A stretch of 46,342 bases of DNA, from contig NC_068984.1 in the NCBI RefSeq assembly GCF_001194135.2, positions 120,690,241 through 120,736,582 on the forward strand. Direction: 5' to 3'. The stretch is from Octopus bimaculoides. Its lineage: Eukaryota. Below the pieces are notes generated by a model. The model made no database searches. It had not been told where the DNA came from and saw nothing but the letters and a program-made list of their open reading frames with translations. The position numbers and the translations under genes are program-made. Every line of letters starts with the position of its first letter. Position 1 is the first letter of the stretch. Of the stretch, positions 24,462 to 35,745 are shown one piece after another.

Positions 24462-27165
24462 GATAATAATAAATAATATATATATATGTATATATATGTG
24501 TGTGTGTGTGTGTATGAGTACAGGACATTAACTGTGCAAACAACATGAAATACGTAGACAAATAAGTTAAATACGTAAACAACGAGAGAAAAAAATGGAA
24601 AACTGGACAGGTAAACACAGAGAAACGACCTTTCATCAGTTGTCGGCTGTCTATCTACTCCTCATTTCGAGCATTCAACGACAATGTGAGTCTTCATTCA
24701 AAGACAGTTGCTCCCATAAATTCTAAAATAAAATTTAGGATTTATGGAGGGTCAAAGTTGGGAACAGAAACAGGCCAGTGGAGACATACAAGGAAACCGA
24801 ACGAAAACAATCATGGAGGGTCGTTAGACCAGAATGAGGGGAAAATAGTGAACGCTGGGAGAAATATTTTCTTTGAAAAGAGAAAAGTCCTTTGCAGGAA
24901 AAGAAAGATGATCACGAAGATGAACGAATAAGCGTGAAAGGGCTGATAGAAAGAAAGGATAGGGTCGTACNNNNNNNNNNNNNNNNNNNNNNNNNNNNNN
25001 NNNNNNNNNNNNNNNNNNNNNNNNNNNNNNNNNNNNNNNNNNNNNNNNNNNNNNNNNNNNNNNNNNNNNNNNNNNNNNNNNNNNNNNNNNNNNNNNNNNN
25101 NNNNNNNNNNNNNNNNNNNNNNNNNNNNNNNNNNNNNNNNNNNNNNNNNNNNNNNNNNNNNNNNNNNNNNNNNNNNNNNNNNNNNNNNNNNNNNNNNNNN
25201 NNNNNNNNNNNNNNNNNNNNNNNNNNNNNNNNNNNNNNNNNNNNNNNNNNNNNNNNNNNNNNNNNNNNNNNNNNNNNNNNNNNNNNNNNNNNNNNNNNNN
25301 NNNNNNNNNNNNNNNNNNNNNNNNNNNNNNNNNNNNNNNNNNNNNNNNNNNNNNNNNNNNNNNNNNNNNNNNNNNNNNNNNNNAATGGGACAAGAACGCA
25401 AAACATCCAGACAAAAAAGGGACAACAAAACATCCAGATAGACGATACAAAGAAAACAAGAACGGGTCATTCGGAGTTTCCTTTCCTCAGTCGAGTTCCA
25501 GATTATCTTTGCAAGATAACCAGACAGCCGTACAGACAGACAGACAGAGAGAGAAATAGATATGGGCCTGAGCGTGTGTTGTATGTATATATATTATCTC
25601 GTGTGTTCGTGTGTGTGTGTGTGTGTGTGTGTGCGTGCGTGTGTGTTCTACTTAAGACGTCAGGGCATGCTTTGAGGGACATTTGGTTACTGTTTCTAGC
25701 AGATTGAGCGACTACACACAAGCTCTCTCTCTCTCTCGTAGTCTGTGTTTCGTATTTTACATGGTGGTTGAACAGGAGTGAAAAGATATGATTAAGTAGA
25801 TTATTTCCGCGAGAGTGTTAATTTCCCAATGACTCATTCATTACCTTGATTGAAGGATGTAATTTGAGGAAAGCCTAGTTGCTAACCCGAGTAAGTCAAG
25901 CGGTAGCAACCGCACAAAGTTGTTCTCTTCTTTATTCGAAGTAAATTTGGTTGCTGTCGCGAAAACTACAGATGAGTCGTAATGAAACAAAAACTATGAG
26001 GAAAAGTGTTTCAATTGTGACGATCTCATTGTTTTGTATATGTAGAACTAAGCTGCTTAATATAACTTTCATTTAAGATGGTACAGTGTGATTTGTGAGA
26101 GATTTGGCTGTTACTTCGAGCTGGTCGGACGATCATTTGTTAGATGAGTGAAAACAAACTTGTCAACCGCTAGCTACACTCTCTCTCTCCCTCTCTCTTT
26201 CTCTCTCTCTCTCTCTCCCTCTCTCTCTCTTTCTCCTTCATCTCGCATCCTCTCTCTACCTTACTCTATTCACTCAGTATTTCTGATTTAGCTAGCAAAA
26301 GCGATAAAGAGATTTTTCATAAAATCTTTCTATCGTCCTCTCTATCCAAATCAGAAATATAGATTGNNNNNNNNNNNNNNNNNNNNNNNNNNNNNNNNNN
26401 NNNNNNNNNNNNNNNNNNNNNNNNNNNNNNNNNNNNNNNNNNNNNNNNNNNNNNNNNNNNNNNNNNNNNNNNNNNNNNNNNNNNNNNNNNNNNNNNNNNN
26501 NNNNNNNNNNNNNNNNNNNNNNNNNNNNNNNNNNNNNNNNNNNNNNNNNNNNNNNNNNNNNNNNNNNNNNNNNNNNNNNNNNNNNNNNNNNNNNNNNNNN
26601 NNNNNNNNNNNNNNNNNNNNNNNNNNNNNNNNNNNNNNNNNNNNNNNNNNNNNNNNNNNNNNNNNNNNNNNNNNNNNNNNNNNNNNNNNNNNNNNNNNNN
26701 NNNNNNNNNNNNNNNNNNNNNNNNNNNNNNNNNNNNNNNNNNNNNNNNNNNNNNNNNNNNNNNNNTTGACAAATAGTCGCTCGATTTGCTGAAATTGCTA
26801 AGCCGGCGCTTATGACCAAAACACACTATATTATTTTTGCAGGATGATCCCGGGATAGAAAATCTGACTCTCATTTGGTTCTTGAACATCCAGCATTGGG
26901 ATCTGATGTAAGAGCATTTGGGCTGCTATTTCTAGCAGGTAAAGCGACCATGAGAGGTTTCAAACGATTCACAAGAGTTACCTATCTTAGCTATAATAAT
27001 AATAAACGCGACAGTCTGTCTGTCAACCAGGAATGTTGTTCATCCTGCAGCTTTACAGTGATCTCCAAATGTCACAGTGATACAAAATTCTCCAAATGTG
27101 ATACTGTGTGATATAAAATTGAGATGGTAGGATACCAATAAATGTTTTATTATTACTGCTCTCTT

Positions 27166-27423
27166 CAAGGCGGTGAACTGGCAGATTCTTTAGCACTCTT
27201 GATAAAATGCTTCACGGTATTTCGCCCGTCGCTACGCTCTGAATTCAAATTCCGCCGAGGTCGACTTTGCCTTTCATCCTTTTGGGGTCGATGAATTAAG
27301 TATCAGTGTAACACTGGGATCAATATAATCGACTACTTCCCTCTCCTCAAATTTCAGGCCTTGTGTCTTTAGTAGAAGGGTTAGGGTTAGGGTTAGGGTT
27401 ATTTAGTAGAAGGGTTAGGGTTA
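27166..27423 (+). mobile_element. SINE-B whose tail is telomere-type repeat
   Basis: Typical SINE-B body. After agtagaa comes gggttagggttagggttagggtta in place of aggattattatt. Confidence 0.9.
27377..27423 (+). repeat. Short interstitial (TTAGGG)n
   Basis: aggg(ttaggg)3tta-tttagtaga-aggg(ttaggg)tta. Confidence 0.9.
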
Positions 27424-28006
27424 TTGTTCTCTTCAGTTCTGGGCCGAGGGCCCAATCACCCCTCCGCGGGAGCTAGCTTGTGTGGACTTTTAATGTATCA
27501 AAATAAAAAAACAAACTGACACTCCGTTGTTTGCGACGTTGAGTGTTCCAACGAAAGAGCGTGCTCGTAAATTTAACCTGCAAGTAACTGAGCACTCCAC
27601 AGACACGCGTTCCTCGTGATTCTCAGGGAGATTCAGCGTGACATAGAATGTGACAAGGCTGGCTCTTGGAACTCATGACCTTACCGTCATGAGCAGGGAT
27701 ACCCTCACCACAAAGTCACGCGCTTTCACATTAAGTTCAAATACTGTGCTTTAAACATACAGAAAGAAATCGCCGATATAATAGACTCTTATGATAAACA
27801 TTCTCTCTCTCTCTCTCGTATTGTGTACGTGTGTGTATTAGATTGGTAAGAACATTCTATCGCGCTTTTGATATGATCAATATTTTTCAATATTTACGGT
27901 AAAATAAGCATTAATTTTTACATTCTAATGAGGTATTTTCTTTGCTGACTATTTTATATACATTATTTACATTTGACGGATATTTGTCCTCATCTTGTTT
28001 GTTGTT

Positions 28007-28052
28007 AACACAACGTTTCGGCTGATATACCCTCCAAACTTTATCAGGTGTC
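28007..28052 (-). ncRNA. Minimal type I hammerhead ribozyme motif (Penelope-type), probably inactivated
   Basis: The minus strand reads GACAC-CTGATAA-AGTTTG-GAGGGTATAT-CAGCC-GAAA-CGTT-GTGTT. Stem I is GACAC/GTGTT, the core CUGAUGA is mutated to CUGAUAA, stem II is damaged, and stem III is the self-complementary AACGTT with a GUU cleavage triplet. Confidence 0.7.
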
Positions 28053-28112
28053 TTGGGGGAAATTTCAATCCTGGATTCTCATTCCTAAGGTATTTTTCGA
28101 TGTTATTATTAA

Positions 28113-28186
28113 GGTCACTGCCTGGAATCGAACTCGGAATCTTGGGGTTAGTAGCCCGCGCTCTTAATCACTACACCATATGCCCG
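28113..28186 (-). pseudogene. tRNA-Ile(AAU)-like sequence (SINE-type head or tRNA pseudogene)
   Basis: GGGCATATGGTGTAGTGATTAAGAGCGCGGGCTACTAACCCCAAGATTCCGAGTTCGATTCCAGGCAGTGACC has A and B boxes and aligns by eye to tRNA-Ile AGAGCGTGGTGCTAATAACGCCAAGGTCGCGGGTTCGATCCC. Stems are imperfect and the anticodon reads ACT, so it is not a functional tRNA. Confidence 0.75.
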
Positions 28187-28391
28187 TGGGCAATTATGGA
28201 GTGAATTTTAGGGGTTATAAATCTAATATTTTCCTATCCTTCCTTAATATGCTATTCATATCTGCATTCGGTCTGCATAGGAGGTTGTTGTGTAATGTAA
28301 ATAATATACATAATCCCTCATCTCTTAAATATAAAACTGAATATTTTATAGCCTAGTGGTTAAGTTCGTACAGATTTTGTTCTTTTAAAAA

Positions 28392-29412
28392 ATGAGTTTA
28401 GATCAGACTCATGTCAGACACTGCATGTTGTATGAATTCAAAAGTGTTTTTCAGTGATGTAAGAGGCTAGAAATATTCGCTATGTTTATGGAAATGGCGC
28501 TGTAAATGTCCGGTCATGTCAACGATGGTTTGGCCTGTTTTACAAGAGACATTATTCTCTTGCCTATTCCTCTCGATCTGGACGACCAAGTTCCGTCAAT
28601 GTTGAGTTTCTGAAAACCATAGTTGAGGAAAATCCAAAGCAAACTTCACGAGAGTTAGCAAAACAGTTTAATTCAAGTCATACTTGCATCATTAAAACAC
28701 ACCATAGATCGCAATTATAGTGTGTCCCTCATCATCTGATTACTTCTCAGCTTAATCAAAGTGTTGCTCTCTACTCGTCATTGAAGAGTAGACTTGTTAT
28801 CGACCTTTTACTGGGTAGCATCATCGCAAATGATGAAAACTGAGTTCTGTATCATCATATCCAACACAAACAACAATGGTTAGCACCCAGTAAAAAAGGA
28901 AAGCCTATTCCTAAAGCAGGACTACATCGGAAAAAAAGTTATGCTCTTCTCAACTTGCTCTGTCATGGTCAATGCGACGATCACGCGTTACACAACTTCT
29001 TTCCAAGCACTGCTGTAAACAGCGGAAGTGAGCTAGAACGTTAAAATTTAGTGCACATGCACCGCAGAGTTCAAGGTCAATCTGTGCCGAGTGGCTTCGC
29101 TTTGCGTGCTTTAGCTTCATTACTATGGCAACAGTCTGGATACTTATGGATCAGGCCACGTACTTGGTTGTATTGTATGGTTGCATAACGAAATAAAGTG
29201 TCCCTACCAGCAATTAGCATCAGCTTTTCGTATCATTGCAACATTGTTTAGAAAGCAAACATGTTTATTAAAAGAAAAAAAGTTTATGAAGAGGTTAAAA
29301 ATGATATTGAGCATTCTTTTACTTTGAAACTTGAAGAATTTTATCCCTGATGGATCAATGATTTACCAAATAGATAAGATTATATTATCAAAACTGAGGG
29401 TAAATATTTTCT
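28392..29412 (+). pseudogene. Decayed mariner transposase, interrupted at about 28950-29150
   Basis: MSLDQTHVRHCMLYEF...YVYGNGAVNVRSCQRWF...SRSGRPSSVNVEFLKTIVEENPKQTSRELA...CVPHHL (WVPHEL)...IIANDEN*VLY...GLHRKKVML and C-terminal EEVKNDIEHSFTLKLEEFYP*WINDLPNR*DYIIKTEGKYF. Confidence 0.9.
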
Positions 29413-29422
29413 TTATCAAATA

Positions 29423-29622
29423 TCTTTTTTTACTTGTTTCAGTCATTTGACTGCGGTCATGCTGGAGCACCACCTTTAGTCGAGCAAATCGACCTCAGAG
29501 CTTATTCTGTGTAAGCCTAGTACTTATTCTATCGGTCTCTTTTGCCGAACCGCTAGTTACGGGGACGTAAACACACCAGCATCAGTTGTCAAGCGATGTT
29601 GGGAGGGACAAACACGGGCACA

Positions 29623-29682
<60 letters not shown>

Positions 29683-29853
29683 CATATACGACAAGCTTCT
29701 TCCAGTTTCCGTCTACCAAATTCACTCACACGGCCTTGGTCAGCCCGAGGCTATAGTAATAGATACCTGCCCAAGGTGCCACGCAGTGGGACTGAACCCA
29801 TGACCATGTGGTTGGTAAGCAAGCTACTTACCATAGAGCTACTCCAGCGCCTG
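29423..29853 (-). mobile_element. SINE-A, full length, internal (CA)n
   Basis: Complete head, core, microsatellite and tail in antisense. Confidence 0.93.
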
Positions 29854-31404
29854 TGATAATGTTTCTGTTGTTGCTTTCGCTCTTTCAGTAGCAGACACCG
29901 ACCCCTCATAATACGAAGATTACAATAGTTTTTGACGCCGCTACAGGCGTTTTCATCACACAAAATAGCAGCAATATAACTTAATAATAAACAAGGACAT
30001 CGAATCACAGATTACGTTATGTAAGTCCAATTTTATATTTACCTTTCTGGAGGAAGACACTTAACGCTACATTACAAGGTGTAGTTAGTTCATTGAAATG
30101 TTAGACATAGAAACCACATAAATAGCATCTGGAAACATTCTTGGGTTTTGTGTCAACTTATCTTCTTCAGTATTGCATTTCCTTGTGAAAATAAAATTCT
30201 ATGGAAGTCGTTGGGTTAACGTACGATTAACAAGCCTTAGAAATGCATCATCACGGGCGGCAGCGTGGTGTCGAAGGTGTTGGCATCGGTGTTGCTGGCG
30301 TTGGCGTTAGCGTCATTGTCGTCGTCATCATCATCATCAGCAGCAGCATCAAAACCACCACCACCACCACCACCACCACCACTACTTCTATCATTTTCAT
30401 CATCATTATCATCACAGTTTACAGTTTAGATGATTTCGACGTTTCATCAGAATTTGGTCTCGTCAGACAGCCTANNNNNNNNNNNNNNNNNNNNNNNNNN
30501 NNNNNNNNNNNNNNNNNNNNNNNNNNNNNNNNNNNNNNNNNNNNNNNNNNNNNNNNNNNNNNNNNNNNNNNNNNNNNNNNNNNNNNNNNNNNNNNNNNNN
30601 NNNNNNNNNNNNNNNNNNNNNNNNNNNNNNNNNNNNNNNNNNNNNNNNNNNNNNNNNNNNNNNNNNNNNNNNNNNNNNNNNNNNNNNNNNNNNNNNNNNN
30701 NNNNNNNNNNNNNNNNNNNNNNNNNNNNNNNNNNNNNNNNNNNNNNNNNNNNNNNNNNNNNNNNNNNNNNNNNNNNNNNNNNNNNNNNNNNNNNNNNNNN
30801 NNNNNNNNNNNNNNNNNNNNNNNNNNNNNNNNNNNNNNNNNNNNNNNNNNNNNNNNNNNNNNNNNNNNNNNNNNNNNNNNNNNNNNNNNNNNNNNNNNNN
30901 NNNNNNNNNNNNNNNNNNNNNNNNNNNNNNNNNNNNNNNNNNNNNNNNNNNNNATATATATCAGCAATAATTGTAACGATGTGGAGACTTCTTCATCCTC
31001 AAAATTTATTTCTTTTTGTTTTACAATTTCATACAACATATTTTAATGGTTATTACGACCTGCACGTATTTCCACTGCACAGACGATGGGCATGCAACCG
31101 GGCATAATTTTACGTGTTTTTTATGTAGGCATGCACCAGACAAGTTATGCTTCGAAACAGTTCTTTGTGTAGAATTCTCCTAGAAGGGAGATAGAGCGTG
31201 TTGGTGGAGAATTCAATATGAATAGTTCATTAATCAGGTGACGTGGTGCAATGTACAGGGGATAGGAGACGGGACTGCAGTAGGTTTGGGCTTGGCGGGA
31301 ATATAATGGATGAAAGGGACATATCTAAATATATTATACATTTCAACCTCCATTACACTCTATATCATATTTTATGTCACAATCCCAATCTGAATCATGC
31401 TCGC

Positions 31405-31770
31405 CATTGTTTTATGCCCAGTTTTCCATGCTTACATGGGTTGGGCAGTCCTTCGTTGCACAGTTCGTCACAACAATCTACGGTTCTTCATCTCCTTTGT
31501 GAGGCTCATTTCCTTGAGAGCAGTTTCATTACTTCGTCCCATGTCTTCCATGTCACCATTTCTTCCACAGCACAATGTACTTCTTTTATACAAATGACTT
31601 TCCCCACACGCATTACATGCCTGTACCAGCGCATTCTTCCTTCTCTCGCACGTTACATGTGACTTATCTTATATCCAACCTTTCTCTTCGCTCATTCATG
31701 CCCTATCGTTCATTATACATCCAACGGAACCTGCTCGCTTAATTTTTCTCCAAATCTTCCATACCTCAGC
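31405..31770 (-). pseudogene. RTE-clade LINE 3' end
   Basis: LDIR*VTCNVREGRMRWYRHVMRV...KTWDEVMK followed by 3' terminal CCAACCCATGTAAGCATGGAAAACTGGGCATAAAACAATG. Confidence 0.78.
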
Positions 31771-31889
31771 AGCATTGTGCATAAAACATCAAAATGGAAC
31801 TCCAGAAAGAGACATGGAAAAATAACGCATTTGTTCCTCGCATATGGATCCTTCAAAATATAACCGGACACATAGTGTTCTTAATATTG

Positions 31890-32258
31890 ATTTTAAATTT
31901 TGATATAAGGCTAGTATTTCCGGAGTAAGGAGTAAGTCAATTATATCAACACCCAGTGCTCAACAGGTAGTTATTTTATTGACCCCAAAAGAATGAAAGG
32001 CAAAGTCGACCTCGGCGGAATTTGAACTCAGAACGAAAAAACGAACGAAATGCTGCTAAACATTTTGCCCGGCGTGCTAATGATTCTGCCATCTCGCCGA
32101 CATGTATTGCGTTCTAAATACTGGTTTCAAATTTTGGTGCAAGACTAGCAAATTCGGGAAAGAGAGTAAGTCGACATCATTGACCCCAGTGTGCAACTGG
32201 TACTTATTTTATCAATCTCGAAAGGATGAAAGGCAAAGTCGACCTCGGCAGAATTTAG
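31890..32258 (-). mobile_element. Two SINE-B copies (second 5'-truncated)
   Basis: Antisense SINE-B motifs. Confidence 0.87.
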
Positions 32259-32331
32259 CGTTCTAAATATTGGCTACCTGTGGCCGATAAAATCACGTGC
32301 ACACACGCACACACGTATGCACGCATTCACG

Positions 32332-32363
<32 letters not shown>

Positions 32364-32396
32364 NNNNNNNNNNNNNNNNNNNNNNNNNNNNNACAA

Positions 32397-32435
<39 letters not shown>

Positions 32436-32694
32436 TTTGTTTATAAATTACTTTATAAAGACAGATAGTTACATTCATACAAGTCAGTCAAATTTGTTAC
32501 AGATACAAATTGTTTACAAAGGATCTATCGCTGTCAGAAACAATATACAAAATGGAAAACAGAAACAATATTGTTATTTCAGTATCTTTATAAACTTTCT
32601 ATATGTATTGAAGCGCAGTTTGTTTATATATCAGGACGTTGATATACAAATAGTCCTACAATTTACCCTGTGTAATCCGAAATAATTTATCCTG

Positions 32695-32840
32695 TTATCT
32701 TTTACTTGTTTCGGTCACTGGGCTGCGGCCATACTGGGGTAACACCTTGACGTGTCTTAATCGAACAGATCGATCCCAGTATTTTTTCTTTAAGTGTGGT
32801 ACTTAATCTATCGGTCTGTTTTGCCGAACCACTAAGTTAC
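32695..32840 (-). mobile_element. SINE-A 3' fragment
   Basis: tcttttacttgtttcggtcactgggctgcggccatactgg...ttttgccgaaccactaagttac. Confidence 0.8.
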
Positions 32841-33132
32841 CAGCGACGTAAGCAAGTCAATAGACGCAAAGCCCAACATAATATTCGTGAATGTGTTAAA
32901 AACAACCAATCTATTGGTAAAACACACTCTACCAAGTAAACTCAAGACAAAGAACGTTGTTGTAAGTCAACCGATCGCCAAGTTATGCCTGATTTTAGAA
33001 GGAGATAAGTAATCAGATAGATTTGCATCTATACCTACAATCAGATTTTTGTTAGGGCCCAATATGGTAAAGATGTAGATGGGAAAAGTGTGAGGAGAGG
33101 GTGTGCTTTACAAAGTAAACAACAACACAAAT

Positions 33133-33530
33133 AAGCGGTGGTGTGTGTGCGTGTGGGGAGAAACAGATGCAAACAGAAAGACACATCCACATATATACAT
33201 ATATGCGGTGAGCTTCCACACAATTTCCGTCTACCAAATTCTCTCACAAAGTATTGGTCGGCCCGGAGCTATAGTAGAAGACATTTGCTCATAGTGTCGC
33301 GTAGTGGGACTAAGCCCGAAACCATGTGGCTGCAATGTGTCCTTGTGTCTGTGTTCGTCCTCACCCCGCCGCTTGTAATCTAGCGGTTCAGCAAAAAGGC
33401 CGATAGAATAAGTACCAAGCTTTAAGAAAAAATATAAGTACTGGGGTTGATTCATTCGACTAAAATTCTTCAAGGTGGTGCTCCAGCATGACCGCAGTCT
33501 AATAACTGAAGCAGAAGAGTAAAAGATAAA
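33133..33530. mobile_element. SINE-A with inverted 5' half (33133-33335 minus) joined to 3' half (33336-33530 plus)
   Basis: The left piece is antisense from head to microsatellite. The right piece is sense from gtgtctgtgttcgtcc to the tail. Confidence 0.75.
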
Positions 33531-33565
33531 AATATATATGTTACTGTACAAATTCTCGCTGTGTA

Positions 33566-34125
33566 CGAGGCGGTGCTGAAAAGTTTCTGACTTTGGGTAA
33601 AAGAAAGTACAGAGGGATCAGTTAAAGGGTAAAGACTCCCTTTGGTCATGAATGACCATGGGATTGCACCTAGAAAGTTCCCCTCCGAGGCACAAGTCCG
33701 GATAAGGTTGTTTATGGGAGACCAGCAGTTGCTCAATACGTACCAGCTTCACCTTTTTACTTATCCAAGGAAAAGGCAAGGACCGATACAGCTTGGCACC
33801 AGTGACGTCGCAACTGATTTCTAAAGCTGAGTGAACTGGAGCAAAGTGAAATAAAGTGTCTTGCTCAAGAACACGACACGCAGCCCGGTCCGGGAATCGA
33901 ACTCACTACCTCATGTGTGTCTGACGCTCTAACCACTGAGTCTTGTGCCTTCAAGGAGGATCAGTCAATTACAATTTTATTCAACATATTCCCCTTTTAG
34001 ATTCACACAGTCATTGCAGTGGTCGTTCAGTTTTTCTAAGCCCCGTAAAAGAACTCAGAAGGTTGGGCCTCCAACCAGGCTTTTCGCGACACCCTTCAAG
34101 CCAGGAACTTTTCAGCACCTTCTCG
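33566..34125. mobile_element. Mariner/Tc1-type MITE (about 220 bp without its insert) with TA target duplication
   Basis: Left TA|CGAGGCGGTGCTGAAAAGTTTCTGACTT. Right end reverse complement TA|CGAGAAGGTGCTGAAAAGTTCCTGGCTT. No coding capacity. Confidence 0.92.
33626..33953 (-). mobile_element. SINE-C, full length, nested in the MITE
   Basis: tRNA head TGAAGGCACAAGACTCAGTGGTTAGAGCG...GAGTTCGATTCCC and core TTCTTGAGCAAGACACTTTATTTCAC. Flanked by agagggatcagttaa and aggaggatcagtcaa. Confidence 0.9.
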
Positions 34126-34711
34126 TACACGACGGTTTATCAGATGCATTCGGTTTATGCAGCATTAATACATTATATTGTATCATCAAAAAATTTTTTT
34201 AATTAGATTATCATTTTTAACTGATTTGGTATAAGAAGGGTTTCTAATCTTGTTGACAAAGTTATATTATAGTTTGTTTTGCAACAGTCGAAGAAACTTT
34301 ATAGCAGTTGGTTCGGTATCAGCCATCTCTAGTTACATTTGAGAGATATTAAGTATATTTTACTACACCCGAAATGTCTTTATGAGTGACTCATTTAATC
34401 ATTGCTCCCACTCATCATAAATATAAGCAGTTACTCATGTACAAACATTATTATTTTCTGTGTGGTTAAAAAGGGAGGGTTAAAATAAACAAGAATTGTT
34501 TTTCTTTTTCTTTCGAACTTCTAATGTAAATTGTAAACATTCGTAAAAATAAGCACGTGTGTTACGAAGGGTAGTGAAAATTCAGTTGTTTTAAACACGG
34601 GATTGTCTTCTTTGACTCATTCAGACTCACCTGTCCAAAATAGCTATACGCACTTCCCCTTATGGAACACACACATACGCGCGCGCACACCCACGCTGTC
34701 AGGAACATTAT

Positions 34712-34959
34712 AGGCGTAGGCAGGCGTGGGTGTGTGTGGTTAAGAAGCTTGCTTCACAACCATGTGATCTTGGGTTCAGTCCCACTGCGTGGCACCCCAC
34801 GTAAGCGTCTTCTACTATAGCGCAGGACCGACCAAAGCCTTGTGCATTGATTTCGTAGGCAGAAACTGAAGGAAGCTCGTCGAGTATAAACACACACACA
34901 TGCACGCACATACACACACACATACACACACATACGCACACACACGCACACACGCACAC

Positions 34960-35033
<74 letters not shown>
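34712..35033 (+). mobile_element. SINE-A 5' half running into (CA)n and a gap
   Basis: Head and core to about 34890, then a CA-rich tract. Confidence 0.85.
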
Positions 35034-35352
35034 NNNNNNNNNNNNNNNNNNNNNNNNNNNNNNNNNNNNNNNNNNNNNNNNNNNNNNNNNNNNNNNNNNN
35101 NNNNNNNNNNNNNNNNNNNNNNNNNNNNNNNNNNNNNNNNNNNNNNNNNNNNNNNNNNNNNNNNNNNNNNNNNNNNNNNNNNNNNNNNNNNNNNNNNNNN
35201 NNNNNNNNNNNNNNNNNNNNNNNNNNNNNNNNNNNNNNNNNNNNNNNNNNNNNNNNNNNNNNNNNNNNNNNNNNNNNNNNNNNNNNNNNNNNNNNNNNNN
35301 NNNNNNNNNNNNNNNNNNNNNNNNNNNNNNNNNNNNNNNNNNNNNNNNNNNN

Positions 35353-35708
35353 TTAAGTACCAGTTACGCACTGGGGTCGATGTAATCGACTTAATCCGTT
35401 CGTCTGTTCTTGTTTGTTCCCTCTATGTTTAGCCCCTTGTGGGCAATAACGAAATAGGTATCTCGTCTGTCTTTACGTTCTGAATTCAAATTCCACCGAG
35501 GTCACTTTTGCCTTTAATCGATGAATTAAGTACCAGTTGCGTACTGGGTCGATCTAATCGACTGACACCCCTTTTCAAAAACTTCGGACCTTGTGCCTGG
35601 AGTAGAAAAGAAAAGAACACCCAAGGCAGCGAGCTGGCAGAATCGTTAGCACGCCAGCATTGCGTCCCCTCCCCCCAAATTTCAGGCTTTGTGACTTTAG
35701 TAAAAAGG

Positions 35709-35745
<37 letters not shown>

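Noticed and set aside
24560-24700. CTGATGA on the minus strand at about 24632-24638 as a second hammerhead
   Set aside because: No stem II with GAAA or stem III in a workable arrangement. The surrounding purine-rich block may be a repeat but could not be classified.
28113-28186. Functional tRNA gene
   Set aside because: Acceptor, anticodon and T stems are mismatched and the ACT anticodon is non-standard. Treated as tRNA-derived.
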